A DNA stretch of 64,000 nt, taken from the sequence record KT429160.1; one strand, written 5' to 3'. Under the pieces are notes generated by a model, which ran no database searches, had not been told where the DNA came from, and worked only from the letters and a program-made list of their open reading frames with translations. This stretch comes from Staphylococcus phage SPbeta-like. Positions within the stretch are counted from its first letter, which is position 1; every line of letters begins with the position of its first letter. Below, piece by piece: positions 1-9,749 of this stretch. The translations under genes were made by a program, and so were the position numbers.

Positions 1-45
1 ACCTACCGAACAAAATTAAATTGACAACTAAAGATAGGTGAAATT

Positions 46-930
46 ATGGCAATAAGAAAAAAAGCTGAAAAGAAATTAACTTGCATGTGCTGTAATAGAA
101 ACCTCACTCTTGATTTGAACTATTATCCATTGAATGATAACAACCCAGCATTTCCAAACGGATATTATCCAATATGCAAAGATTGTTGTGCTGATATGTT
201 AAAAGATGAGGAAAACGGTTATAAATCTTTCATTCAATTATTAAGAGTATTAGATTATCCGTTTAGATATGAAGCATTCGAACAGGTTAATTTTGATTAT
301 GTACGATACATGAATAAAGCTTCAATAAGACGTAACGCTTCTTTCATCGACTCAGACGCTCTAGTTAGTTCTAAAAGTGAAACATTAACTGAAGAGAATA
401 TCATGAAACTTACTCCAGATGAGTTAAGACAATGTAAACTTTATTGGGGTGAAGGAGATTATACTGAAGATGATTATATTTACTTAATCAGTAGATATGA
501 GAGTTACTGTAAGACATATGATGTTGATAGTCCAACCTTTGAGAATATCATCACTCAAATATGTCAATTAGAGCTAGAAATTCGTAAGAAGCGTACTAAA
601 GGTTCACAAAGCACTAAAGAAGAAACTAATTTAATTCTTAATTTAATGAAGAGTGCGGGTATCTCCCCTAACCAAGAAAAAGAAAGTAAGACTAATGATA
701 AAGAAACTTTCGGTGTTTGGGTTAAACGTTGGGAGAATGATAAACCTGTACCCGAACCTTTAGAAGAGTTTAAAGACGTGGATGGAATTGAAAAATACGT
801 TCAAAATAACTTCTTATCACCTATGAGACGCTCACTTGATTTAGATGACAATTTCCATGACCAGTATCAAGAGCATATCGACAAATATGGTATCTCTACT
901 GAAGAATTGTTAGGTGTTGAAGATGAGTAA
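46..930 (+). CDS. putative terminase small subunit / zinc-finger DNA-binding protein
   Basis: 294-aa ORF with RBS aggtga upstream; overlaps the TerL ATPase ORF by 17 nt; N-terminal Cys cluster (CMCCN...CKDCC) suggests a Zn ribbon; role inferred from position only. Confidence 0.35.
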   Translation: MAIRKKAEKKLTCMCCNRNLTLDLNYYPLNDNNPAFPNGYYPICKDCCADMLKDEENGYKSFIQLLRVLDYPFRYEAFEQVNFDYVRYMNKASIRRNASFIDSDALVSSKSETLTEENIMKLTPDELRQCKLYWGEGDYTEDDYIYLISRYESYCKTYDVDSPTFENIITQICQLELEIRKKRTKGSQSTKEETNLILNLMKSAGISPNQEKESKTNDKETFGVWVKRWENDKPVPEPLEEFKDVDGIEKYVQNNFLSPMRRSLDLDDNFHDQYQEHIDKYGISTEELLGVEDE

Positions 931-1624
931 GTTTGTTAACTCTAATAGTCCTTATAAAAATACTATTGATTTATTCAAACTAAGACGTAATAAACGTAAT
1001 ACTAAGTCTCGATCAGAGCAAACAATGGAAAACATTGCTGTTTGGATATCTTTTTATAGAGAGAACCCACATCGTTTTGTTCTAGACTTTATGAATATTA
1101 ACCTACGTCCGTTCCAATGTGTATTACTTTGGGCAATGATCCATCATCAATATTTCATGTTCTTAGCGTCAAGGGGACTTGGTAAGACTTTCTTATCTGC
1201 TGTATATTGTTTAACTCGTTGTATTTTATATCCGGGTACTAAGATAATTATTACAGCTCCTACCAAGTCTCAAGGTATCAATGTATTAGAAAAAATTGAA
1301 AACGAATTACTCTCCCCTCTTATTCACAGAGAAATTGAGTCTATAAATACTGGAAACCAGAAACCTATGATTGCTTTTCATAATGGTAGCTGGATAAGAG
1401 TAGTAGCTTCTAATGATAATGCTCGTGGTCATCGTGCTAACCTATTATTAGTCGATGAGTTCGTTAAAGTTGATGAAGATTTAATAGATACAGTATTCAA
1501 GAAAATGTTAACCTCTCAACGTGAACCAGCATTCTTACATAAGGCTAAATATAAAAATTACCCTCGTGAAGAAAATACTCAAATGTATTTATCATCTGCA
1601 TGGATGAAATCACACTGCTTATGA
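914..1624 (+). CDS. terL: terminase large subunit, N-terminal ATPase part (frame-broken)
   Basis: Walker A-like SRGLGKTF and Walker B LLLVDEF motifs typical of TerL ATPase; ends 4 nt before the nuclease-domain ORF in another frame. Confidence 0.75.
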   Translation: MLKMSKFVNSNSPYKNTIDLFKLRRNKRNTKSRSEQTMENIAVWISFYRENPHRFVLDFMNINLRPFQCVLLWAMIHHQYFMFLASRGLGKTFLSAVYCLTRCILYPGTKIIITAPTKSQGINVLEKIENELLSPLIHREIESINTGNQKPMIAFHNGSWIRVVASNDNARGHRANLLLVDEFVKVDEDLIDTVFKKMLTSQREPAFLHKAKYKNYPREENTQMYLSSAWMKSHCL

Positions 1625-1628
1625 CTCA

Positions 1629-2720
1629 ATGCGTTCGTTTACCAGACAAATGCTCAAGAAGAAAAGTGAAGATGACTTAAAGTCATTTGTTTGTCATATC
1701 CCCTACTATACAGGTGTTATGGAAAAACTTTATTCTCATAAACAAATGAAAGCCGAAGCTCAAGCAGAAGGTTTCAATAAGATGAAATTTGCTATGGAGA
1801 TGGAAGCAGTTTGGTGGGGAGAAACTGAGTCAGCTTTCTTCAATTTTAATACGATTGACTTTAATAGAAAGCTTAGTCAAGCATTCTATCCTAAAGAAGT
1901 TTTAGTTCAAGCAGATATAAATAACCCAATCAAAGAGCCTAAAGAGAAACGTCTCTTAGCAGTCGATGTTGCCCGAATGGGTGGTAACTCAAATGACGCT
2001 TCTGTGTTCAGTTTGATTAGATTATTACCTAAGGGAAAACAACAATATGAACGTCAACTTAACTACATGGAGGATATGGAAGGTATTGACTTCCAAACTC
2101 AAGCAATAAGAATTAGACAATTATACGATGATTTTGATTGTGATTATATTGTACTTGACTTAAAAAATGTTGGTGCTGGTATCTTAGATAACTTGAGAAT
2201 ACCTTTAACCGATATTGATCGTGGTGTTGAATATGAGCCACTGAACGTTTCTAATGATGATGATTTAGCTTCTACTTGTAAATATCCAGAAGCACCAAGA
2301 GTTATTCACGTTATTAACGCTACTAATGAACGTAACATGGAAATGGCTAACTTATTAGCCGATAACTTCATGCGAGGCAAATTTAGATTGTTAATTCGTG
2401 AAGAACAAGCTGAAGAGTTATTTAGACAAGATAAGAAACTTAAATACCTCAATCTCAACCCTTCTACTCAAGCTCTACTTAAATATCCATATCGACAAAC
2501 TGAATTATTTATCAGTGAGGTCATGAACTTAGAGCAAGTAAACATGGATAATGGAGCATTTAAACTCGTTACTTCTGGCAGAGCACGTAAGGATAGATAC
2601 TCTTCTGTTTCTTATGGAAATCAATTCGCTACTATTCTTGAAAGAGAATTAGCTCGTCACACAAGAAACATTGATTTCAAACGTTTTGGATCAGTCAGAA
2701 AACCTAAAAATATTATATAG
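1629..2720 (+). CDS. terL: terminase large subunit, C-terminal nuclease part (frame-broken)
   Basis: 363-aa ORF directly continuing TerL; frame open from 1608; 236+363 aa gives a canonical ~600-aa TerL; Asp-rich nuclease-like segments (LAVDVARMGG, DYIVLDLKNVG). Confidence 0.7.
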   Translation: MRSFTRQMLKKKSEDDLKSFVCHIPYYTGVMEKLYSHKQMKAEAQAEGFNKMKFAMEMEAVWWGETESAFFNFNTIDFNRKLSQAFYPKEVLVQADINNPIKEPKEKRLLAVDVARMGGNSNDASVFSLIRLLPKGKQQYERQLNYMEDMEGIDFQTQAIRIRQLYDDFDCDYIVLDLKNVGAGILDNLRIPLTDIDRGVEYEPLNVSNDDDLASTCKYPEAPRVIHVINATNERNMEMANLLADNFMRGKFRLLIREEQAEELFRQDKKLKYLNLNPSTQALLKYPYRQTELFISEVMNLEQVNMDNGAFKLVTSGRARKDRYSSVSYGNQFATILERELARHTRNIDFKRFGSVRKPKNII

Positions 2721-2737
2721 AAAGATGTGATAACACG

Positions 2738-4300
2738 TTGGAAGATAAAAAAGCTCCAGTAAATGAAGACTTTTTAAATTACATCAAAAACTATGCCGAT
2801 GTAAGAAACATACCTCTTTCAAGACGTAAGATGGCCTCGTTGTTTCACACTTCTAAAACTGCAATTGATGATGTCTCACAAGAAAAACTAAATACTTGGT
2901 TACGAAAACCTGATAAGTTTTACGTGAATATTATCGAGCTTTCGAAAGACTTATATTACAAGTCTGGTGAATATCGTAGCTTACTTAATTACTTTATTGA
3001 TATGGCTCGTTTCTATTATGTGATTGATCCATTGTTTAGCAGCGATAGTAAGATGAGCAAGGAGAAAGTCAAAAAAGACCTCTCTAAAATATCTTTACAA
3101 CTTAATAAAATGAATTTAAAACATGAGTTAGCTAAAATTTACAAAACATGTGTACTTGAAGATATTTTCTTTGGTTATGAAATCGAAGATAAAGACAATT
3201 ACTTCATGTTAAAACTTGATCCAAAGTATTGTAAATTAGTTGGTATCTCTGACGGGATGTATACATATGCTTTCAACCTGTCCTATTTTGACGGTAATTT
3301 AGATTTATTAAAAACATTCCCAGAAGAGTTTCAAAGAGCATATTTAGAACGCTCTATTGATAAGCAAGCTGACTTAAATTGGTTTATTCCAGACTTCACT
3401 AAATCAGTTGTTTTCAAAATTAATGAAGACGATCCTACTATTTTACCTCCATTTTCTACAATGTTTGAACCCCTATTAGATTTAAACGATTATAAAAAGC
3501 TTAAAAAAGCTGGAGCTAAAATTAATAACTACATGTTATTACATCAAAAAGTGCCAATGCATGATAATGCAAATAAAGATTATCAAGCTGATAACTTCGC
3601 AATCTCAGCTGAGGCAATGGACTACTTCAGCGAGTTAGTTAACGAAAACTTACCAGATGAAATTGGTTCTATCGTTTCCCCTATGGAAGTTAACCCTATT
3701 AAATTAGATAGAGATGATAAAACTGATAAGGTACTTGAAGCTACTAGAGATGTTTATAACGCTTCTGGTGTTTCTTCATTTATCTTTAACAATGATAAAA
3801 ACTCTACTGGTGGTTTAACTTACTCAGTTCGTAAAGATGAGTTATTCGTAATTAATTTCTACCGACAAGTTGAGAGATGGTTAAATCGTAAAATCAGATA
3901 TGGCAATATCGTAGCCAAAAATCAATGGAGAATTTCTCTATTAAATGTAACTGGAATGAGTGAAGATACTTACTTAGAGCAATTAACTAAGTCTGGTACA
4001 TTCGGTTTCTCAGTTAGAGGACGTATTGCTGCATTACATGGTTTAGATTACCATACATTATCTCAAAGTTTAGAATTAGAAAACAATATCTTAGATTTAG
4101 ATACTAATTTAATACCTCTTGCTAGTTCTCATACTGGTGGTTTAAATACTGCTGTTGAACAAACAAAAGGAAAAATAGAAGACTCTGGTGGCAGACCTAC
4201 TAAAGAAACTAAAGACTTGTCTGATAGCGGACAAGCAAATCGTGACTCTAGTAATTCTGAGACAAAATCTTTAGAAGGTGGTGACACTAATAATGAATAA
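2738..4300 (+). CDS. portal protein
   Basis: 520-aa protein immediately after TerL; acidic/Ser-rich C-terminus; TTG start (Met-32 at MASLF is an alternative start). Confidence 0.65.
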   Translation: MEDKKAPVNEDFLNYIKNYADVRNIPLSRRKMASLFHTSKTAIDDVSQEKLNTWLRKPDKFYVNIIELSKDLYYKSGEYRSLLNYFIDMARFYYVIDPLFSSDSKMSKEKVKKDLSKISLQLNKMNLKHELAKIYKTCVLEDIFFGYEIEDKDNYFMLKLDPKYCKLVGISDGMYTYAFNLSYFDGNLDLLKTFPEEFQRAYLERSIDKQADLNWFIPDFTKSVVFKINEDDPTILPPFSTMFEPLLDLNDYKKLKKAGAKINNYMLLHQKVPMHDNANKDYQADNFAISAEAMDYFSELVNENLPDEIGSIVSPMEVNPIKLDRDDKTDKVLEATRDVYNASGVSSFIFNNDKNSTGGLTYSVRKDELFVINFYRQVERWLNRKIRYGNIVAKNQWRISLLNVTGMSEDTYLEQLTKSGTFGFSVRGRIAALHGLDYHTLSQSLELENNILDLDTNLIPLASSHTGGLNTAVEQTKGKIEDSGGRPTKETKDLSDSGQANRDSSNSETKSLEGGDTNNE

Positions 4301-5672
4301 ATCAAGTAATTCTATTCCAATGTCTACTCAACTTTTAGAAGAATACACTTCAGAAGATGGTGATATTCGCTTCACGAAAGTTAAGTTATGGCTTATGCAT
4401 ACTGGCCTAAATTTAAATGGTTCAGTCTTCAACAAAGACGTAGTAGAAAAAGCAATTCCTACTTTAGCTAACACACCTATTATGGCAAGTGTTTCTTATA
4501 ACTTTGATGGAGAAAAAGACTTCGAAGGTCACGAAACTGATATAGAGATCACTGAAGACGGTGAAATAAAATTAATAAATTCGACTGTACCTTTTGGAGT
4601 TATCCCTGAAACAAATAATGCAAAATTTGAAACTCGTCTTGGGGACGATATGGTTGAGCGTGAATATCTGACTTGTGAAGGTATTTTATGGAACAAGTGG
4701 GATGACGCTGTTGAAATTTTGCAATCTAAAGGTGGAGTAACTGGACAATCTATGGAAATTTCACCTAATTATACTGGTTATTTTGATGGTGAAAACATGA
4801 TATTTGAGACTTTCAGTTTCTATGGTGCTTGTCTATTAGGTGATGATGTTACACCAGCTATGAAGAACAGCACAGTAGAAATTAAGTATGCAGCTAAGAC
4901 TGATGAATTAATTAAAGAAAAGCTACAAGTGTTTAACAATATTGTTTACGCTAATAAAGGAGGAAATGAAGTGCCTAAAAAAGACACAACTGTTTTTGAC
5001 GAGCAAGAAACACATGTAAATGTTCAAGGAGACTCTACTACTGGGAAAAATGTAGAAGGAGAGCCTAAAGCAAATGCAAATGAAGCTTCTACTAAAGAAG
5101 AAAAATCTCTTGAAACTGATGGACAAGAAGGACAAGAAAGAGAAGAAAAAGCTTCAGAAGAAACTATTATTGACTCTCCCCTAAGTGCTGAGGAGCAAGT
5201 TACAGTTCAAGTTGAAAATGTTGAAGATATTATCGACACTCACAAAGAGGTTAAAGAAGATATCGACAATTTGCCTGAAGCAGTAGACATGATTACTGTT
5301 GCTGGTGTTGAATATTCAGCTGAAGACATTGCTGCAAAACTTACTGAGTTAGCTTCTGTTAAATCTCAATTAGCAGAATATCAAAGCAAGTTTGAAGCAT
5401 TACAAAAAGAAGTACATGCTGAAAAAGTTGAAAAACTATTCTCTACTCATAAAGATAGCTTATCTATTGAGTCTATTGAGAAACTTAAAGCTCAAGCTGA
5501 TGGCATTACATTGTCTGAACTTGAAACATTAATCTTTGCTGAGATTGGTAGACAAAATTATTCTGCTAAACCAAAAGCTGAGACTAAAGCTACAAACTTT
5601 TCACAAATTGCTATTCCAGTAAACAAAACTAGTAACAACTCTTTAGAAGATATCGTTGCTAGTTGGAAATAA
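4290..5672 (+). CDS. putative prohead protease / scaffolding protein
   Basis: ATG at 4290 overlaps the portal stop (AATGAATAA); N-terminal globular domain followed by a highly acidic coiled-coil C-terminal half typical of scaffolding proteins; between portal and capsid genes. Confidence 0.45.
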   Translation: MMNKSSNSIPMSTQLLEEYTSEDGDIRFTKVKLWLMHTGLNLNGSVFNKDVVEKAIPTLANTPIMASVSYNFDGEKDFEGHETDIEITEDGEIKLINSTVPFGVIPETNNAKFETRLGDDMVEREYLTCEGILWNKWDDAVEILQSKGGVTGQSMEISPNYTGYFDGENMIFETFSFYGACLLGDDVTPAMKNSTVEIKYAAKTDELIKEKLQVFNNIVYANKGGNEVPKKDTTVFDEQETHVNVQGDSTTGKNVEGEPKANANEASTKEEKSLETDGQEGQEREEKASEETIIDSPLSAEEQVTVQVENVEDIIDTHKEVKEDIDNLPEAVDMITVAGVEYSAEDIAAKLTELASVKSQLAEYQSKFEALQKEVHAEKVEKLFSTHKDSLSIESIEKLKAQADGITLSELETLIFAEIGRQNYSAKPKAETKATNFSQIAIPVNKTSNNSLEDIVASWK

Positions 5673-5699
5673 ATATAAAATCTTTGGAGGATCATATAA

Positions 5700-6140
5700 A
5701 TGGCAAAATTAAATTTAGACCGTGTAAAAGGTCACTACGTTGAAACAATTAAAGCTGACAAAGAATACGAAAACGGTTCTTTAGTTGGTAAAGGTTTATT
5801 AGAAGATGGAGAAATTCGTCTTTACAAAGCTGCTGAAGCTACTGCTGAAAACTGCTTCTTAGTTTCTACTCCGGAACTTGATTTAGCTGCTAAAGCAAAC
5901 GGTCATGGTTCAATCGACTTTGTTAACCCTAAAGGTTCAATCATGCGTGCTCATCAATTAGAAGTTGGAGATACATTTACAGTTGAACAAAAATTACATG
6001 GTACAGGTTTCGTTGCTGGTGAAGCTTTAACTGTTACTGATGGGAAATTCGCTAAAGGTGAAGGTGCATTCGTAGTTGAATATGTAACTACTATTGGTGC
6101 TGATCGCCGCCCTGCTTATTCAATTCGTAAAGTTAAGTAA
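5700..6140 (+). CDS. hypothetical head protein (scaffold/decoration candidate)
   Basis: 146 aa; strong RBS tggagga 9 nt upstream; lies between protease/scaffold and capsid genes. Confidence 0.3.
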   Translation: MAKLNLDRVKGHYVETIKADKEYENGSLVGKGLLEDGEIRLYKAAEATAENCFLVSTPELDLAAKANGHGSIDFVNPKGSIMRAHQLEVGDTFTVEQKLHGTGFVAGEALTVTDGKFAKGEGAFVVEYVTTIGADRRPAYSIRKVK

Positions 6141-6178
6141 TAAATTATAATAACACAAATGTATGGAGGATAACTTAA

Positions 6179-6538
6179 ATGCCTAAATTTAGTAATGAAT
6201 TAAAAGAAGTTGCTATCCAAGCTGCTCATGGTGCAACTACTACTCAATTTTCAAATAAAGACTTATCGGACGCTGTTCGTAAAAAAATGATCGAGGAATT
6301 AGGTTCAGATACTTTAGATTATTCTACTTATCGCCGCCGCAAACATGATTTATTCGAATTCATCGAAGAAACTGTTGCCCCTATCGTAAATGAACGCACT
6401 GCTGAAATTTTCGGTCAGTTCGCTGAATACAAAAATATCGCTTTCGGTGATCAAAACAAATTCTTCATCGAAGATATTAAATTATTCCCTGTTGCTACTA
6501 TCTCTACTGGTAACGGAAACGTAAAACGTCAACGTTAG
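6179..6538 (+). CDS. major capsid protein, N-terminal part (frame-broken)
   Basis: RBS atggagga; 119-aa ORF ending at TAG 6536-6538; the -1 frame stays open from 6514 and continues into ORF 6562..7179; adding one A to the run at 6522-6525 fuses them (…GNGNVKTSTLDSQELVVPMHTIGAG…). Confidence 0.5.
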   Translation: MPKFSNELKEVAIQAAHGATTTQFSNKDLSDAVRKKMIEELGSDTLDYSTYRRRKHDLFEFIEETVAPIVNERTAEIFGQFAEYKNIAFGDQNKFFIEDIKLFPVATISTGNGNVKRQR

Positions 6539-6561
6539 ATAGTCAAGAATTAGTAGTACCA

Positions 6562-7179
6562 ATGCATACAATCGGTGCTGGTGTATACGAAGAGTTAGTT
6601 CGCTTTTTAGCTGGTCGTACTGATTGGGCTCGTTTAACTGCTCGTTTAGCTGAGTCATTTGTAAATGATATCGCTCAACGTATTGGTGACGCTCTTTACA
6701 AATCAGTTGACTCTGTTGGTTCTACTTACAAAGCTAACGTTAGTGGTAGTAACAGTGAACTTAAAACTAAAGTATTAGAAATCGCTGATCACGTTGAAGC
6801 TGCTAATGGTCAAGCAGTAATCGTTGGTACTAAAGCTGCTCTTCGTAAATTAAAGCCAGAAGATAGCTCAGACTTACAAAAAGGTGCTAAAAACGAAGTT
6901 GGTTACTTCGGTTTTGTTGATGGAGTTGAATGCATTGCTTTACCTCAATTCCACAAAGCTGGTACTGATGAGTTCGGTCTTAAAAACGATGTTATTTTCG
7001 TATTACCAAGCTCAGATGAAAAATTAGTTAAAGTTGTTCAAGACGGTCATTACATCGCTCGTGAAGAAGGCGGATCAGAAGGATATCGCACAGACTTACA
7101 AATGAGCTTAGACGTAATCACTCGTGTTGGTGTAGCTGTTGTTACTGCTGCTCGTTATGGTGCTGTTGAATTAAGTTAA
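6562..7179 (+). CDS. major capsid protein, C-terminal part (frame-broken)
   Basis: 205-aa ORF followed by a strong rho-independent terminator; combined ~333 aa fits an HK97-fold MCP; sits after portal/protease/scaffold. Confidence 0.5.
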   Translation: MHTIGAGVYEELVRFLAGRTDWARLTARLAESFVNDIAQRIGDALYKSVDSVGSTYKANVSGSNSELKTKVLEIADHVEAANGQAVIVGTKAALRKLKPEDSSDLQKGAKNEVGYFGFVDGVECIALPQFHKAGTDEFGLKNDVIFVLPSSDEKLVKVVQDGHYIAREEGGSEGYRTDLQMSLDVITRVGVAVVTAARYGAVELS

Positions 7180-7199
7180 GCTTAATATGATTAAAGTTT

Positions 7200-7228
7200 G
7201 CTCCCTATTAATTTAGGGAGCTTATTTT
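7200..7228 (+). terminator. rho-independent terminator after the capsid gene
   Basis: gctccct-attaattt-agggagc hairpin followed by ttatttt. Confidence 0.7.
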
Positions 7229-7253
7229 ATATGGAGAAAAAGGAGACATTTAA

Positions 7254-7805
7254 ATGGCTATTAAAAAAACTACAACTACTGAGAAATCTACTCAAAAAAC
7301 TACTAAACCTACTGAAAAGAAAACAACTCGTACTGCTAAACCAAAGCGTAAAGAGGTTGATTTATCTCAATCAGTATTAGTTATTAATATGACTCAAGGT
7401 TCATTAACTTATGTAGCTAAAAAAGGTACAGGTTATTTAGAATTAAGTGAATACTTAGATAGTGATTATTTAACTGTTGAAGAGTTAAAAATCATGAAAA
7501 GTTCAGCTAGAGGCATGTTTGATAAAGGTTGGTTGTTTGTTGATGATGAAGATGTAGTTGAATTTCTTGGAATTAAGAAACAAATGGACGCTATCTTATT
7601 ACCTGATGAGTTAGATGACCTATTCGAACTTCCAGCAGATGAACTTAGAGAGCGATTAAAAAGCTTATCACCTTCAGTGAAAGAAACAGTTCATTTAGCT
7701 ATGAAGAAAAAATATGAAGATGGTGAACTAGCAAACGCTCACGTTATTCGTGCTATCGAAGAGTCAGTGAATATTGATAATAACGTTTCAATTCTAAATA
7801 TCTAG
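7254..7805 (+). CDS. hypothetical protein with basic low-complexity N-terminus
   Basis: 183 aa; RBS aaaaaggag upstream; Thr/Lys-rich N-terminus (KKTTTTEKSTQKTTKPTEKK). Confidence 0.35.
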   Translation: MAIKKTTTTEKSTQKTTKPTEKKTTRTAKPKRKEVDLSQSVLVINMTQGSLTYVAKKGTGYLELSEYLDSDYLTVEELKIMKSSARGMFDKGWLFVDDEDVVEFLGIKKQMDAILLPDELDDLFELPADELRERLKSLSPSVKETVHLAMKKKYEDGELANAHVIRAIEESVNIDNNVSILNI

Positions 7806-7822
7806 TTGGGAGGCAAATTCTC

Positions 7823-8257
7823 TTGACAGAATTTACTTTAATTTATGACAAATTTTTATCTAAACTAACAGATTTTTCTTTAGCGAGATTAGATAAAGAC
7901 GTTTTAGAGTCAGATTTACAAGAACGGTTAATAACTGCTCTTTCAGATTTTGCACAGTTACCCGAAGAGAAAACTGAAGTTGATTTAAGTACAAAAACTT
8001 TTACTAATGGTCTAAGTGTAGAAGAACAAAATATCATCGCAACTTTAATGGTTATCAATTATTTAGACAAATATATTTTGTCTGAAGATAATATGAGAAT
8101 TCTATTAAACTCTAAAGACTATAAACAGTATTCACAAGCCGCTTTACTTAAAGAGCTTAAAGCTACTAAATCTGAATATCAATCAGATGTTGACGCTAAG
8201 CTTAATAGTTATAGCTTTAGACAAAAATTCCGAAAGAAAAAGAAAGATGAACAGTAA
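7823..8257 (+). CDS. hypothetical head-tail joining protein
   Basis: 144-aa ORF with RBS ttgggagg upstream, in the head-tail connector region. Confidence 0.3.
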   Translation: MTEFTLIYDKFLSKLTDFSLARLDKDVLESDLQERLITALSDFAQLPEEKTEVDLSTKTFTNGLSVEEQNIIATLMVINYLDKYILSEDNMRILLNSKDYKQYSQAALLKELKATKSEYQSDVDAKLNSYSFRQKFRKKKKDEQ

Positions 8258-8564
8258 ATCTTATACTTTTTATCTCACGGAATTGAAAAATAGAGTTTTC
8301 AAAATATTGCCTTTATGTGAAGAAAAGAATGACTACATAGATAAGTATTTAGAGAATTTGATCATTGAACTCAAAGGGCTTCCTAAAGCATATCCTGAAG
8401 TGTTTGATAGTCAATCTGCTTGGTACGTTAGAGTGTTAAGCTCTTTATTTACTTTCTATGAAGACTTTTCTATCGCAGAATTACATAGTGTTGATGGAGT
8501 TCAAAGAGTAAGACGAATTATTCTATCATTAGTAAATTTGATAGATAAGGAGGTAGGACGTTAA
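8247..8564 (+). CDS. hypothetical head-tail joining protein
   Basis: ATG at 8247 overlaps the previous stop (GATGAACAGTAA); 105 aa; the track's longer 8187 start lies inside the previous gene. Confidence 0.3.
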   Translation: MNSKSYTFYLTELKNRVFKILPLCEEKNDYIDKYLENLIIELKGLPKAYPEVFDSQSAWYVRVLSSLFTFYEDFSIAELHSVDGVQRVRRIILSLVNLIDKEVGR

Positions 8565-8567
8565 ATA

Positions 8568-9233
8568 ATGGACTACTTTGAAAGATATAAAAATATTAAT
8601 ATGCCTTATGGCACAGATTTAAGTTCACATGTCATTAACGCAAGTAAAGACAGTGCTTTGAGAACATTTCTCTCTTCCCCTACTCTATCTGATATTTATG
8701 TTGATAGTATTCCTACTCAGTCAGTTGTAAGTAATTATTCTGGTGACTTTTTTGAGCGTACGTTCTTATTTGAGCCAGACTCAGACTTAGCTAAAGTAGG
8801 TAATTATATTGAACATAGAGGCTATACATACTTAACTATGAAAAGTAATGATGATGATATTTATCCTAACCTACACGCTAAGTTATGCAATGAAGATTTT
8901 AAACTTCCATTAAAAATTACTAAGAAGAAGGTTTCTACTGGTCGTGGTGGTTACACTTATGTTGATCAATTAGAGACCAAAGATATTCCTATTGTGGTTG
9001 ATGTTAAAGGTTACTCAATTGCGGATAATGCTATCTTACCTTTAACTGAAGGCCGAGTAATTATCTATATGAAATACAGTAAGGAATACTTAGAAAAAAT
9101 TAAACTTAACTATGAGTTTGAGTTATTTAATGATAGTTATAAAATCACTGATATTCAAACAGATAACATAATTAATCATCAAGGTTATATTGTATTATCT
9201 GCACAGAAAGTAGTTGAAACAAATGCAACTTAG
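8568..9233 (+). CDS. hypothetical virion protein
   Basis: 221-aa ORF with RBS aggaggtagga upstream. Confidence 0.3.
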   Translation: MDYFERYKNINMPYGTDLSSHVINASKDSALRTFLSSPTLSDIYVDSIPTQSVVSNYSGDFFERTFLFEPDSDLAKVGNYIEHRGYTYLTMKSNDDDIYPNLHAKLCNEDFKLPLKITKKKVSTGRGGYTYVDQLETKDIPIVVDVKGYSIADNAILPLTEGRVIIYMKYSKEYLEKIKLNYEFELFNDSYKITDIQTDNIINHQGYIVLSAQKVVETNAT

Positions 9234-9744
9234 ATATAAAACTTCTGGTCGTGGTGATATCTTACAGAAATTTATTAAGGTAATGGCAAATGATGAACAC
9301 TTATTAAGATTGCTTTACTACAACCCTATTGATGAGAATGGCAATTATATAGAGTTCACAGACGCTTCTTTACCTAATATCACTGAGATGGACGAAGAGA
9401 AAAAAGACCAAATAGTAAATGATTTGATTAGAACGTCTCAAAAGAGTGACGACATAATCGAGATGAAAAAGACAGTTATTTTTGTATTTTATGGTAAATC
9501 GAGACCTAAGTATAACAATCATACTCTTGTAGACAGAGAGATTATTTTTATGATCCTATCTCATAATGATTTCTCATTTGCTGATAGAATAGAGGAAATT
9601 TGTGATAGATTAGATACTTTGTTCGTTAATAAGCATATTGGTGGCATTGGTAGAACAAACATCGGAATATCATTCCCTGTTGAAGCTCCAAAAGAATACC
9701 TTGCTTTTGAACAAAAATACACTATCACTGATAAGCGGATGTGA
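9214..9744 (+). CDS. hypothetical virion protein
   Basis: 176-aa ORF overlapping the previous gene; the internal Met at MANDEHLL may be the real start. Confidence 0.25.
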   Translation: MKQMQLRYKTSGRGDILQKFIKVMANDEHLLRLLYYNPIDENGNYIEFTDASLPNITEMDEEKKDQIVNDLIRTSQKSDDIIEMKKTVIFVFYGKSRPKYNNHTLVDREIIFMILSHNDFSFADRIEEICDRLDTLFVNKHIGGIGRTNIGISFPVEAPKEYLAFEQKYTITDKRM

Positions 9745-9749
9745 TTTAA

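Noticed and set aside
1620-1630. Possible intron separating the two TerL ORFs (TerL introns occur in some Firmicute phages)
   Set aside because: Gap is only 4 nt with overlapping open frames; a 1-nt indel explains it completely.
7198-7380. 60-aa plus ORF overlapping the capsid terminator and the next gene start
   Set aside because: Starts inside the terminator hairpin; is out of frame with the well-supported 7254 gene; Leu/Lys-rich artefact.
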